Shown: one piece after another, positions 23,056 to 35,891 of the stretch
How positions within the stretch are numbered: position 1 is the first letter of the stretch
Layout of the letters: each line of letters opens with the position of its first letter
Assembly: GCF_031769215.1 (NCBI RefSeq)
Contig: NW_026781965.1
Span: 1,364,001 to 1,428,000 of the forward strand
Direction: 5' to 3'
Source: Ylistrum balloti
Lineage: Eukaryota
DNA length: 64,000 bases
The notes under the pieces: generated by a model
Databases searched by the model: none
The model's input: only the letters and a program-made list of their open reading frames with translations
Told to the model about the DNA's origin: nothing
Program-made: the position numbers and the translations under genes

Positions 23056-25728
23056 GATTGTTGACAGAGTACAGGAAGGATATATATATGTATGGTAGAT
23101 CTGTTGACAGAGTACAGGAAGGATATATATATGTATGGTAGATCTGTTGTCAGAGTACAGGAAGGATATATGTATGTCTATTGGTAGATCTGTTGACAGA
23201 GTACAGGAAGGATATATATATGTCTATTGGTAGATCTGTTGACAGAGTACAGGAAGGATATATATATGTCTATTGGTAGATCTGTTGACAGAGTACAGGA
23301 AGGATATATATATGTCTATTGGTAGATCTGTTGACAGAGTACAGGAAGGATATATATATGTCTATTGGTAGATCTGTTGACAGAGTACAGGAAGGATATA
23401 TATATGTCTATTGGTAGATTGGTAGATATATATATATTGGTAGACAGAGTACAGGAAGGATATATATATATATGTCAGGAAGGATATATATATTGGTAGA
23501 TCTGTTGACAGAGTACAGGAAGGATATATATATGTCTATTGGTAGATCTGTTGACAGAGTACAGGAAGGATATATATATGTCAGGAAGGATATATATATT
23601 GGTAGATCTGTTGACAGAGTACAGGAAGGATATATGTATGTCTATTGGTAGATCTGTTGACAGAGTACAGGAAGGATATATATATGTCTATTGGTAGATC
23701 TGTTGACAGAGTACAGGAAGACAGAGTACAGGAAGGATATATATATGTCTATTGGTAGATCTGTTGTCAGAGTACAGGAAGGATATATATATGTCTATTG
23801 GTAGATCTGTTGACAGAGTACAGGAAGGATATATATATGTCTATTGGTAGATCTGTTGACAGAGTACAGGAAGGATATATATATGTATGGTAGATCTGTT
23901 GACAGAGTACAGGAAGGATATATATATGTCTATTGGTAGATCTGTTGTCAGAGTACAGGAAGGATATATATATGTATGGTAGATCTGTTGACAGAGTACA
24001 GGAAGGATATATATATGTCTATTGGTAGATCTGTTGACAGAGTACAGGAAGGATATATATATGTCTATTGGTAGATCTGTTGACAGAGTACAGGAAGGAT
24101 ATATATATGTCTATTGGTAGATCTGTTGACAGAGTACAGGAAGGATATATATATGTCTATTGGTAGATCTGTTGTCAGAGTACAGGAAGGATATATATAT
24201 GTCTATTGGTAGATCTGTTGACAGAGTACAGGAAGGATATATATATGTCTATTGGTAGATCTGTTGACAGAGTACAGGAAGGATATATATATGTATGGTA
24301 GATCTGTTGTCAGGGTACAGGAAGGATATATATATGTATGGTAGATCTGTTGACAGAGTACAGGAAGGATATATATATGTATGGTAGATCTGTTGTCAGA
24401 GTACAGGAAGGATATATATATGTATGGTAGATCTGTTGTCAGAGTACAGGAAGGATATATATATGTATGGTAGATCTGTTGACAGAGTACAGGAAGGATA
24501 TATATATGTATGGTAGATCTGTTGACAGAGTACAGGAAGGATATATATATGTATGGTAGATCTGTTGTCAGAGTACAGGAAGGATATATGTATGTCTATT
24601 GGTAGATCTGTTGACAGAGTACAGGAAGGATATATATATGTATGGTAGATCTGTTGACAGAGTACAGGAAGGATATATATATGTATGGTAGATCTGTTGT
24701 CAGAGTACAGGAAGGATATATGTATGTCTATTGGTAGATCTGTTGACAGAGTACAGGAAGGATATATATATGTCTATTGGTAGATCTGTTGTCAGAGTAC
24801 AGGAAGGATATATATATGTCTATTGGTAGATCTGTTGACAGAGTACAGGAAGGATATATATATGTATGGTAGATCTGTTGACAGAGTACAGGAAGGATAT
24901 ATGTATGTCTATTGGTAGATCTGTTGACAGAGTACAGGAAGGATATATATATGTATGGTAGATCTGTTGTCAGAGTACAGGAAGGATATATGTATGTCTA
25001 TTGGTAGATCTGTTGACAGAGTACAGGAAGGATATATATATGTATGGTAGATCTGTTGTCAGAGTACAGGAAGGATATATGTATGTCTATTGGTAGATCT
25101 GTTGACAGAGTACAGGAAGGATATATGTATGTCTATTGGTAGATCTGTTGTCAGAGTACAGGAAGGATATATATATGTCTATTGGTAGATCTGTTGACAG
25201 AGTACAGGAAGGATATATATATGTATGGTAGATCTGTTGTCAGAGTACAGGAAGGATATATATATGTCTATTGGTAGATCTGTTGACAGAGTACAGGAAG
25301 GATATATATATGTCTATTGGTAGATCTGTTGTCAGAGTACAGGAAGGATATATGTATGTCTATTGGTAGATCTGTTGACAGAGTACAGGAAGGATATATG
25401 TATGTCTATTGGTAGATCTGTTGACAGAGTACAGGAAGGATATATATATGTCTATTGGTAGATCTGTTGTCAGAGTACAGGAAGGATATATGTATATATG
25501 ACAGAGTACAGGAAGGATATATATATGTATGGTAGATCTGTTGTCAGAGTACAGGAAGGATATATATATGTCTATTGGTAGATCTGTTGACAGAGTACAG
25601 GAAGGATATATATATGTCTATTGGTAGATCTGTTGTCAGAGTACAGGAAGGATATATATATGTCTATTGGTAGATCTGTTGACAGAGTACAGGAAGAATA
25701 TATATATATGTCTATTGGTAGATCTGTT
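23056..25728. repeat. 46/43-bp satellite array (agatctgttgacagagtacaggaaggatatatatatgtctattggt)
   Basis: About 58-60 units over 2.7 kb with interspersed 43-bp and gtc/gac variants. Confidence 0.97.
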
Positions 25729-26505
25729 TCAGCTCACGATTTTATACTAATAACGATGCATTGTGTCATTATTCAGTTATTATGTAATAAAGTGAAGTGA
25801 TATCTATGGTCTGATTTGAAGAGTGTCAGGTTGATACCTTTTGAAGAATTGAATGAAGTTTGAACAAAAATTACATACAAGATATTTACCACCATTATGT
25901 CCCATCTGAAGTGAATTGCCATCCTGCAGCTATCATTCTACATAAGCTATCATTTCTTATTGTTAACATTTGTATCATTCTAGTACATTTTCAGTTCTGA
26001 TAATTTATAGATAAGAAAGAAAACTAATGAAATACTGATAATTGTCAGGAGATGAAGTACAGGTAATACATCACACACCATTAGACAGCAGCTAAGTGTT
26101 GTAATACTGAATAAGTGTCATTGTTTAGATTATGTGTTAATAATTGTCTTCATTTATTGATCAGGTGTCAGTTATTTAAAGCTCATTAACAATGGGTTAT
26201 GCATATTAGAAAATAATGATGTAAAAGGGATGTGTGTAGAGCCCCGTCATACTCCCTGAATGAAATGAGTTTTGTCAGTCATACAACTTTTGCCCATTAC
26301 TGTTTCTGGATATTAAGTGGGGAAACAAATTTGTATATCAGTCACCACTTTGTCATTTTTTTTGTAAACTGGTACATTATACACAAAATACTAAATGTGC
26401 CTCTGCTTTGTATAATATTTCATAAATTTCCTCTCTCTACTTGTTGTCTTTTTAGGTCAGAAAAAGGTTTTTTTTTATATAATTAAACTAAGAAGAGGAA
26501 ACTCT

Positions 26506-27045
26506 TTGTTTGTTTATTATCAACAATTATATTTCATCGAGTGGGGTGGAAATACGCAAGTTTCCGTCCTACAATATGAAATATATACATTATTCATAGA
26601 GATACCAGGAATATTGTTTGTTTATTATCAACAATTATATTTCATCGAGTGGGGTGGAAATACGCAAGTTTCCGTCCTACAATATGAAATATATACATTA
26701 TTCATAGAGATACCAGGAATATTGTTTGTTTATTATCAACAATTGTATTTCATCGAGTGGGGTGGAAATACGCAAGTTTCCGTCCTACAATATGAAATAT
26801 ATACATTATTCATAGAGATACCAGGAATATTGTTTGTTTATTATCAACAATTATATTTCATCATGTGGGGTGGAAATACGCAAGTTTCCGTCCTACAATA
26901 TGAAATATATACATTATTCATAGAGATACCAGGAATATTGTTTGTTTATTATCAACAATTGTATTTCATCGAGTGGGGTGGAAATATGCAAGTTTCCGTC
27001 CTACAATATGAAATATATACATTATTTATAGAGATACCAAGAATA
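26506..27045. repeat. 108-bp tandem repeat, about 5 copies
   Basis: ttgtttgtttattatcaac recurs every 108 bp (26506, 26614, ...). It explains the 203-aa repeated ORF. Confidence 0.95.
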
Positions 27046-27886
27046 TTCTATTTATTATACTTTCCTCACACATTTATGCTATTTTTGAATTCCTTAATTC
27101 CAACCAGTTGTTTCTAGTTGTAAAATTGGGAAAAAAATATACATTTTTACTGCAAATACTGTTAACTGATGTCAAAAATTAGTGAAAATATTAAAACTAA
27201 TTTTTATTCAGTGAAAATATCAGTTGAAATATCATATTTTTACTGTGAAACTTTTAACACTGTTTCACAGCAAAACATTAAAATATATTTTTAAAATGTT
27301 TGTGATTAGCAAATACATGAAATCACAGACTTAAATATATCAAATTGTGTGATGAAATTGTTCTTTTACACAGCAAGTTTATGTTAATATGATAGTTAAT
27401 ACAGGTCTCGTTTTATGATGCTGTTCTTGATGGTTAAAGCAGTATCATTGCAGTTTTATTGGTTACTTGTTATCAGATGTTGTACATACAAATGTAATTG
27501 AAAATAAAGAGAATAAAACATCAACATGTAGTTTAATTAATTATAGGTATGCAGTGAACTATATATAGGTGTAATATCAAGAGCCCAGAGGTTTATTTTG
27601 GGGGAGAATTTTGATGTGTAAGATGATAATACTGTATTTCATTACTATTTTATCATGTTGCTTTTACACAAACTAGAAAAATTGTCAACTTTCAACGGCC
27701 ATTTCAGCAACATAAGTTTTTCACTTGCGTTGATGGTAAGATACTTATTGACGTGATGTAGGACTCATTACATTTAAAAGTGTCTTAGAAACAGACATTT
27801 GGTTGTGTGTTTGGTTTGACTGAATGTCAGAAGTCACTTTACACCAGTAATTGCATATAGGTGCAATTTAGTTATAATATCTAAAC

Positions 27887-28389
27887 CTAATGACAAGTGT
27901 CTTGACACGTGTGGCCTTGGGATCTCTCATGATCTTTGCTAAGTCTTCTTTGGGAAGGACCACAGCGACCTGTAATGACAATTTACATGCAACAATTATT
28001 TAATCCACATTAAGCCTTGATTGCTTACCTGACTCGACCATGTGAACGGCATGAGATTTCAAATGTCTCCCACGCCTGTATCCATTTGCATAGGCTTTAG
28101 TGTAAAGACCATGAGATCGAGAACTGGAAATACTCTCAGGTAAGATATAGCAGTATTTATAAGGAATGGTGATTGCGAACTTGCCAAAACGTTTGTAAAG
28201 TTTTGCTGTAAAGTGTTGTTACAAGGAGGTAATTTCTTTGTTTATTTTGTGTTCTGCATGAAATCAAACGGAACTCATATTCCAAGTCATGAATGATTGT
28301 TGAGAAGAAATCCTCGGTTGTGTGGTAAAAAAATATAAATACCAGTGATTATACACATACATACCTGGGCTGTTTTCACATACTTTCAT
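27887..28389 (-). CDS. Candidate unannotated spliced small basic protein (94 aa)
   Basis: Exons 28365-28389 (from the ATG; acceptor at 28401), 28029-28205 and 27887-27969 have strong GT-AG sites and join in phase without stops. AATAAA on the minus strand at 27592-27597. No homologue recognised. Confidence 0.35.
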
Positions 28390-29059
28390 CCTTAGAGCTC
28401 GCTGTGAATTTGCGCGGGTATGTAAAAATGAAAATAGTTCATAATCCTAAAACCATACACGACACCCACCCACAATCACAATCGCACACATATATTCAAC
28501 AGCAAGTTATTTATAAATCTGTTCGACTTGCTTTCATTTACCTCCTGCAGTTTTATCCACTTTCAATGTAACTTTCTCTTTGTTGAACAAGATGACAAGC
28601 TAATTGTTTCACAGATTCTGAGATATTAACACGTTAATTTACTACCTTAGAAACACTGTGAATTCGAGATTTTGTTCAAGAGTCGATAGTCAAAAAGCTT
28701 GGTTTTAAGTTGCATATGGTAAACAATAGAACATCAACACTAGTGCTATTATTGCGACAACCCGACATAAGTATAAAACATTGCATTCTATACACAATAA
28801 CGTTCACTCCGTATGTAATGAAAAAATATCACAGACACCCAAGAGTTATCTAAGATTAACACGATTAATAATGGGCATTTGTATGTCACAAAAGAAAAAG
28901 TTAAAATCACTATCAAAGTGTAATAAACATATATGCTAATATAGCAAATTATGAACATTGACAAAATGCACACTAATAAAGTGTGCATCAAAATTAGACC
29001 ACGATGTAAGGAGAAATTAAAAAACAGAAAACAATCGGATGATTCATGATGAATATTAT

Positions 29060-29745
29060 CAGTTGTGAAAATACTATAGGTGTAGACTTCCGAAGGGCAA
29101 TAACTCGCACAGCATGGTGTGAGCAAATTACTCGAGAACAGACCTGGATATCCCAGGTACGGAGCAGTCGCCGGACAGACTCATCATTCTGAGCTAACAT
29201 AATCTCGTTCGACAGACTGTTCCATACCTGGGATACCTAAAACGAAAAGATTTCTTCCCATAATTGGAGGTATTCACCTTAGGGACTCTAACAAGACTGT
29301 TTTGTCTAAAATTATAAAAAAAAAACCAACTTCTTTCCTATCAATAAGGCCTTGTAAAATAAACGGCGAAATACCATTTAAGATCTTGAAAAACCTCAGT
29401 GTCCATGTACTGAATATGGTTTACATGTAGAAAATCAAGTTTAAATCCACCTAAAATGTCGGTAACTGGGGAAACATGGTCATGTCCGATAAAACGAAGT
29501 GTCCGCTCTTGCACTTTTTCCATATTCCTAGTGTTTGTAAAGGTACAAAAAATGCCAGGCTAATTGACAATAATCAAAATTTGACAAAATAAAAGACATA
29601 AGAATTATTTTCTTCCCTTTCTTGGCAAGATTTTTCACCAGTCGTTTTAAAACAGCAAGTTGTTCCGAGGCATTTCTACAAAGGCGAGAAATGTGAAAAT
29701 CAAATTTATGCAAAACGTCAATATCGACACCTAATAATTTCACTA
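29060..29745 (-). mobile_element. Decayed, 5'-truncated CR1/L2-type LINE (C-terminal end of ORF2 reverse transcriptase)
   Basis: Frameshifted fragments KLLGVDID...HISRLCRNASEQLAVLKRL...SFILSNFDYC, MEKVQERTLRFI and VWNSLSNEI...RLLRTWD are typical post-RT motifs of the CR1/L2 clades. Confidence 0.85.
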
Positions 29746-30029
29746 CACTTAATCTCTAAGCCTTCTATACTGAGATACTAGGAGATTTTTTACGAAAACA
29801 AATTGCCTGTTGTACCATATTTTATGTTTGTCGCTTGTATATTCTATTCTCCGAGTTCCAGAGGTTACGGTCACGACGACTCCAGAGAGATAGATCGTTA
29901 GTGATCGTAATATGGAATAGTCTTCCTTTTGTTTTTGTGTCTCATTGGTTGCCTGTCTTTCTTGTTATGTGGGTTTATGGCGTTTTATCTCATATATTGT
30001 CCGTATGTCCGTCTTTTCACAATTCTTGT

Positions 30030-30560
30030 TATCGTTATTTTTAGATAAGTACCAGATGGGCCATCTTGGTCCTTAGCTGTGCATTGGTAATTTTTATAGA
30101 CAGATAAGAATATCAGTATGGCCGACAAGCGGCCATCTTGGATTTTGACAATTATACAAATATGGTTTGTTACTGTTATTTCTTGACAAGTAAATTTCAT
30201 GCATATGTTCTTTTTGTCCTTTATTGTTTATTCAGTATTTTTGAAGCTGGCAGCAAATTAAATTGACCAACAGGCGGCCATCTTGGATTTAAACAGTTAT
30301 AGATTGGTAATGCTATTTCGTGAAACATACCAGGTTGCCCTTGAACCTTTGTGCGTTCTCCGCTTTGAGAATGATCAGAAATTTGCCGACAGGCGTCCAT
30401 CTTGAATAAAAGCATTTCTTAAGACGTACTGCAGCCGTTCATAATTTATCTGGTGGCCGCCCTTGGTTCACAGTTGTGCATTGTCCGTTTGGAAATTTAT
30501 CGGAAAATATAATGGCCAACAGGAGGCTTTTGTGATCATTCTCAAAGTCTGATATCTAGG
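30030..30560. mobile_element. Interspersed repeat with an array of (gg)cggccatcttg motifs
   Basis: Motif variants near 30056, 30128, 30271, 30389 and 30452; related to 19900-20260. Confidence 0.45.
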
Positions 30561-30962
30561 TTGACCTTCGTCCCTACTTGTGCATTGTCCAATTCATAGA
30601 TAATAATACCAAAAACAAAAACAACAAAAAAATGGTTACGATTTTGACACATATTTTGTTATCGCTATTTCTGAGCAATACTAAATGAATAATACTCAAG
30701 TTTCATCATTAGACTGACCTTGTTTTGCATGTTCCTTCTGGTACTTATCATGAAAACAAAACTTATGTATATACATCCAGTTGTGATATCTGATTGTTTG
30801 TAAACCTGAGCAATGAAAGGCGTATTTTCTTTAGTTAACGCAAAAAAACCGACAAAAATATTGTGTTTTTGCTTGTTTAAGTCTACTTGAATTAGAACAG
30901 GGACAATCTTAATGTGGTACATTGTGGTTATATATATATATATATAACTACCTCCGCTAGGC

Positions 30963-31149
30963 GTTGCTATAGTAAATGTGAATTTGCAACAGCATATGCC
31001 TAATCACAACATACCGTCAAAAATTTCAAACAGCTACAAAATGTAGGGTACATTATCCCGTATATGATAATAGTAATAACTTAAGAAGTCTTTTAAACGC
31101 TCGTTTGATTTTATTTACACCTGGCAAAGCATTGAATTTGCCGACAAAA

Positions 31150-31188
<39 letters not shown>

Positions 31189-31480
31189 ACAGTATGGACA
31201 AGCGAATTTTCAAAGTTTTATATATATAATAAAGAGAGAGATGTTTAGTTATGTATAAAATATATCTTTGGTCATATAATTTTTTGCATACTTCTTGAAA
31301 AAATTTAACTTGTGGTTGCCTTCCCAAAACAATACAGGTATTTTTTCTCCGCAATTTAGACTTTAAAAACACTAATGTCGAATTCAGCTGCTTTATGTAG
31401 CAGGAAATGCATGCATGTGCTTTTATTCGAACGCACCGGAAATGACGTCCTTAGTTCCCGAAATTGTTTCAAAATGGCGG
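30963..31480. promoter_or_regulatory. EVG1 promoter: RFX X-box-like site, ETS/CRE composite and a YY1 motif over the ATG
   Basis: GTTGCTATAGTAAA at 30963-30976, CCGGAAATGACGT at 31436-31448 and AAAATGGCGG at 31471-31480. Motif matches only. Confidence 0.45.
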
Positions 31481-34400
31481 ATGGCGTACAGTCTCGAGTG
31501 GCAGGAGGTGGCTTTTGGAGCCAGCCACAAGTTCAATACAGCAAACAAACTCACGATTTGCTGAAAGGTTAGTTCGGGCCATTTTGATGTTAACTCTCTC
31601 TGTAAAATTGTATTCGTATATTTAGTATTTGCGAGGTAATTACGACTTCAAAATTACGCTTCTAGCAGGCTGTGTACTGACACCATTTTAGGCAATTTCA
31701 TGTGAAGGGCCGACCACAGGAATGCCTGAACCCTTTAAATACACTTGCTTTGAATTAAATTAGTGCTAATAGAAATATCACATTCGACTAATGATAAAAT
31801 AACAGATTGGTGCGAGCAGGGACGTATATAGGTCCCTGGTGCGAGTTAAAATTAAGTAGGCAATATAACATATCGCTGTTTATTTTTTCAGGTATGATGA
31901 AAGAATCAAAACTTACAAATTTTCAACAAAGGCATCTAGAGAAAACATTGAGAGGTATGCATAAACTAATCATTTATATATATATATTTCTTTTAGTCTT
32001 CCAACAGACAATGACTTCCTATACAACATATATACATTACATCTTGTGTATAATATACATAGACTGTTTGAGACATCCTTTGCTTTTAAACTAAATGTTT
32101 TGTCACCACTCAGTTACACTGAAGTGATTATGATATAACATAAACTGTATCTGAAATATTTTTGACATTAAGTACATTTACTAATACAGCAGTTTTATCC
32201 TAACATTAGTGTCATCTGTCTTGTAACTTCAGACATACAGGAAAGATTTCAGCAATATACTACATTGCATGTTTATATTGTACAAAAATATATGTTCTTG
32301 TACATGTGTAATAAATCATGATATGTGCAGATATTATTTTACAAGATTGGCATTCCTAGTCTGGGATCTGGTATAAATTCACGATTGTCTTTCGGTTTTG
32401 AGAAGCCAATAAATTTTTATGTGTTTTTAGTGTTGACATGTTTATGATTCCTCATAGTGCTTTATCAACTCTGGAATGAATCATATCCTACATAATTCAC
32501 TACCCCTAAGATTCATCTGAAATGTTTGTTGTGGTGATTGGATTATAGTATTCATGCACTTACTCAAATTTCATGCCGATTATTTACAGGTGGTGGGTCG
32601 CTTCCAGCTAATTGTCCTCCCACACACAGTGCCCAGAGGAAAAAAGCACCAGTTTCTGCTCCTGCTCCCAGTAAAGTGCTCAATCCAAGGTTAATAAAAT
32701 ATTGGCTTCTAGTTTTTGTTGACAGTGTTAAGTTTGCTTAGACCTATGAAGCAATTTGAAAATCAAGATGTATGTTTTAGACTGCATCATTTATGGTTTT
32801 TGATAGTTGTTGACATGAAGTTTTCAAAATTTTCTGAAATGTAGTTTGATTCCAGGTTTTTTTTATTTGGCAGTGTGTGATTAACCAGATCAATAACCTG
32901 GAGTGAAATTAAATTCAAAGATACATTTGCTGTCTTGCTGTTTACTTTTGTGCTAAGGATAACAAGCATATTTTAAATGAAACTTGTATTATTAGTAGAA
33001 GCTGAATCAAGATATACATACATTGTATATAAAATTTGAAAAACACATGTACCCCTAAATTTCATCTTTTTTTATTATTGGTTTATGATGCTTCCAAAGT
33101 GATATTTCTAGATTTTCTTATGCCCATGAAAAGATGGTTCTTATTACGTTATCATATGGTCTTTGTAAGATTGACGGAACAATAGCCTGATTATTTTTCA
33201 CAGATCACCATTACACACCTTGCAATGTCTGTAGAGACCTTAATGTGTTGATTAGGCACTTAACATCACTTTCCTTCCCTTTGCTGCTGCAAAATGCTCA
33301 TTTGGCCTATGATAAGCATATCATGTACCTCCTCACAGAACTCTTGTTGAAGATGTATTTATAATCTTCTATGTATTTATCAGATATATTGAGAATGATT
33401 TACATGGTAGTTCAAAAAGTTTAGGTAGGCAAGCACATGAGTAGGCCTGGTGTAGCCACTCATTACCTTCTGCTCTTGGATTCAGAGTGACCTTCTTTTG
33501 ATACATGACAAAACCTCCTCACCTAGGTGAGCAGATGAACTAAGTATGAAATTAAAGAGAGGGTAGGAGATAGCTTGAAGCACACACAATCTTTTACTTT
33601 GATCTTAGTCATAGGTCAAAACATTTGATACATAACACACCACCTTACTATGGGAAACTTATACATAACACACCACCTTACTATGGGAAACTTATATGTG
33701 AAGTTTTTAGTTCCAGTGACATAGTGTAGGTTGAATATTTTATTTGATCTAGATCAAAGGTAAAAAAGAAGGTCAAAGTGACCTACTTTTGATGCATGAC
33801 ACACCATCTCACTGAGGTGAATTACCGATACCTAAAGTGTGAAGTTCCATTGACAAGAAGTGTAGGAGATAAAGCCCAGACAAGATACTGAAACTTATTA
33901 CAGACAGAAGGAAGGAGGGTGGATGGACACAATACAACACTGCATTCCCCTCTCCCCTCCCCAACCCCCACCCCCTCTTTTTTATAACAATTTTCAATTT
34001 TTTAATGATGATATATCAGAAACAGATTTGTGTCAGTTGAAATGATATTTTCGCGTCATCTTAAGTAATGACTTTAAGATTTCAGGATTCAATCATAGGT
34101 GATACCTATCTATTCCTATCATGGTATATAAGTTAGAAACAATTCTTTTCAATGCCATTGTAATATTATTTGTATATGCAACGTGTATATTAGGTTCAAG
34201 GGAGTCATTTATGCAAATGACTATTTGAACACCCTATCTGGATCGCTGAAAATCAAACTAGTCTTTACTCTTATTGATATAGTTTACACAATTCTTTTAC
34301 TGCAGAAATTACAAAACTACTATAAGAACAAAAGAACAAATGGAAAATATGGGAGCTTTTGAAAAACCAGACTACAGACCAGCATACAATAGTAAGTTTA

Positions 34401-35891
34401 ATGACAATTGCAACAAGTTTAAATGGATCATAATGTGTTTTTGGAAATTTATCTTTTAATGAATCTAAAATAAATATTTCAAGAATGTATACATGGACTT
34501 TGAAATGGTTTTGTGGAATGCTGTGTATACCAATGGAAAATTGTAATATATTTTCTTGACCTGTAATTTTCTTTGAGCATTAAATTAATGGCAACATTCT
34601 ATTTAATGTTGATGAGGAGCAGCTACAACAATTTTAATCAATGCAATGTGATTCTATCTTTAACAGAATATGTATCTAAAGCAAAGGAGAAGATCAGACT
34701 AGCCAATATTATGGAATTTGGTACAGATATCCCACCTGTTAATAAAAAGAAACAGGTTATAGTCAGAGAACCAGAACCAGAGGTGGACAGATTTGAGGAA
34801 TGTGAGTTTCCATTTACATGTATAGTCAGTCTGAGTAATTTTCAGTCAGTCTTTACAACCTGTGGTCAGTTTGTACAGTCTATGATCAGTCAGTACAATT
34901 TATGGTCAGTTTGTACCGTCTATGATCAGTCAGTACAATTTGTGGTCAGTCTTTCCGTACAATCTGTGGTTATTCTGTATAATGTGTAATACAAGACTAC
35001 TGGAATGCTTTCATTCGGGACTGATCCTGTATTAAACTGGCCCTGTACTGTAGATTAATCTTCATACATTAACCATAATCATAACATCTAATTAATGAAT
35101 ACTTGTCATAATTGATAATGTCATGAATACTACTTGCTTTTGGCATGCTATTTGAAACACTTCATGTAGCAAAATTCAGATTACGACTCATTCATATATT
35201 TTCTGATCCCAGGGCACTACAATAAAAGAATTGTTCTTTTTTTTACTTAAGTGGGCATGTAAAATTTTTATTCGCCTTGCATACATGTATTGCTGGATTA
35301 CTATCCTGGTTATAATACACTTTTATTTTATTTTCTATTTTAGTAGCCCAAGTGGTATTTCAGTTTTATATAGGTACCAAGAATTCCCAATTTTTTGTTG
35401 TTTCAAGTTGTAAATGTGACTTGTTATTTTACAGTACAAAGTGAGATTGAAGAGAGAAGGTCTTTCCTCAGAGAAATGGAAGGTTTGGGCAAAGGTGCTC
35501 AGTTCAGGCCAATCATAGCAACTGAAATATCACAGGTAATTCTCTACTGATGTTTTCTAGATGTTACATCCAAATAAATAGCATTTTACCGAAATATTAC
35601 AAAGATAATGATAAATATGTCTTACAATGGTATGTTTAGAGGTAATAATAATGCTATTTTGATGTTAAACCCTATATCGTCCTGTGAGCAAGATTTCTGG
35701 TTAGATATAAACATTTTGTTCTGGTTGAATTAAGTGTCAGTATATATTGTTTCTGTCAGTTTTCCTGAACCGTCCATTTTGTAATGTTGTAGCTTATTCG
35801 AGAAATGGAGGTGATAGACAATAAGAAATCAGCAGAACTGGAGAGACTGATAGAGGCAGAGAACAGACGAGCATCAAAGGAGACATCCTGA
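31474..35891 (+). CDS. C22orf23: UPF0193 protein EVG1 homologue (225 aa, complete)
   Basis: 7 exons: 31474-31567, 31892-31954, 32590-32689, 34306-34391, 34667-34801, 35435-35535, 35793-35891. Motifs LLKGMMKESKLTNFQQRHL, EVDRFEELQSEIEERRSFLREMEGLGKG and TEISQLIREMEVID match the EVG1 family as I recall it. Confidence 0.93.
34825..34975. repeat. About 40-bp degenerate tandem repeat in EVG1 intron 5
   Basis: tggtcagtttgtac(a/c)gtctatgatcagtcagtacaattt twice, plus partial units. Confidence 0.7.

Noticed and set aside
20389-25728. Regular arrays as possible CRISPR loci
   Set aside because: Units are head-to-tail with no unique spacers, there are no cas genes, and the context is eukaryotic and intron-rich.
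26506-27117. 203-aa ORF as a protein-coding gene
   Set aside because: Entirely a 108-bp tandem repeat with a TTG start and no recognisable family.
27887-31400. POLR2F, expected from human synteny head-to-head with C22orf23
   Set aside because: No RPB6-like peptide found in the candidate exons.
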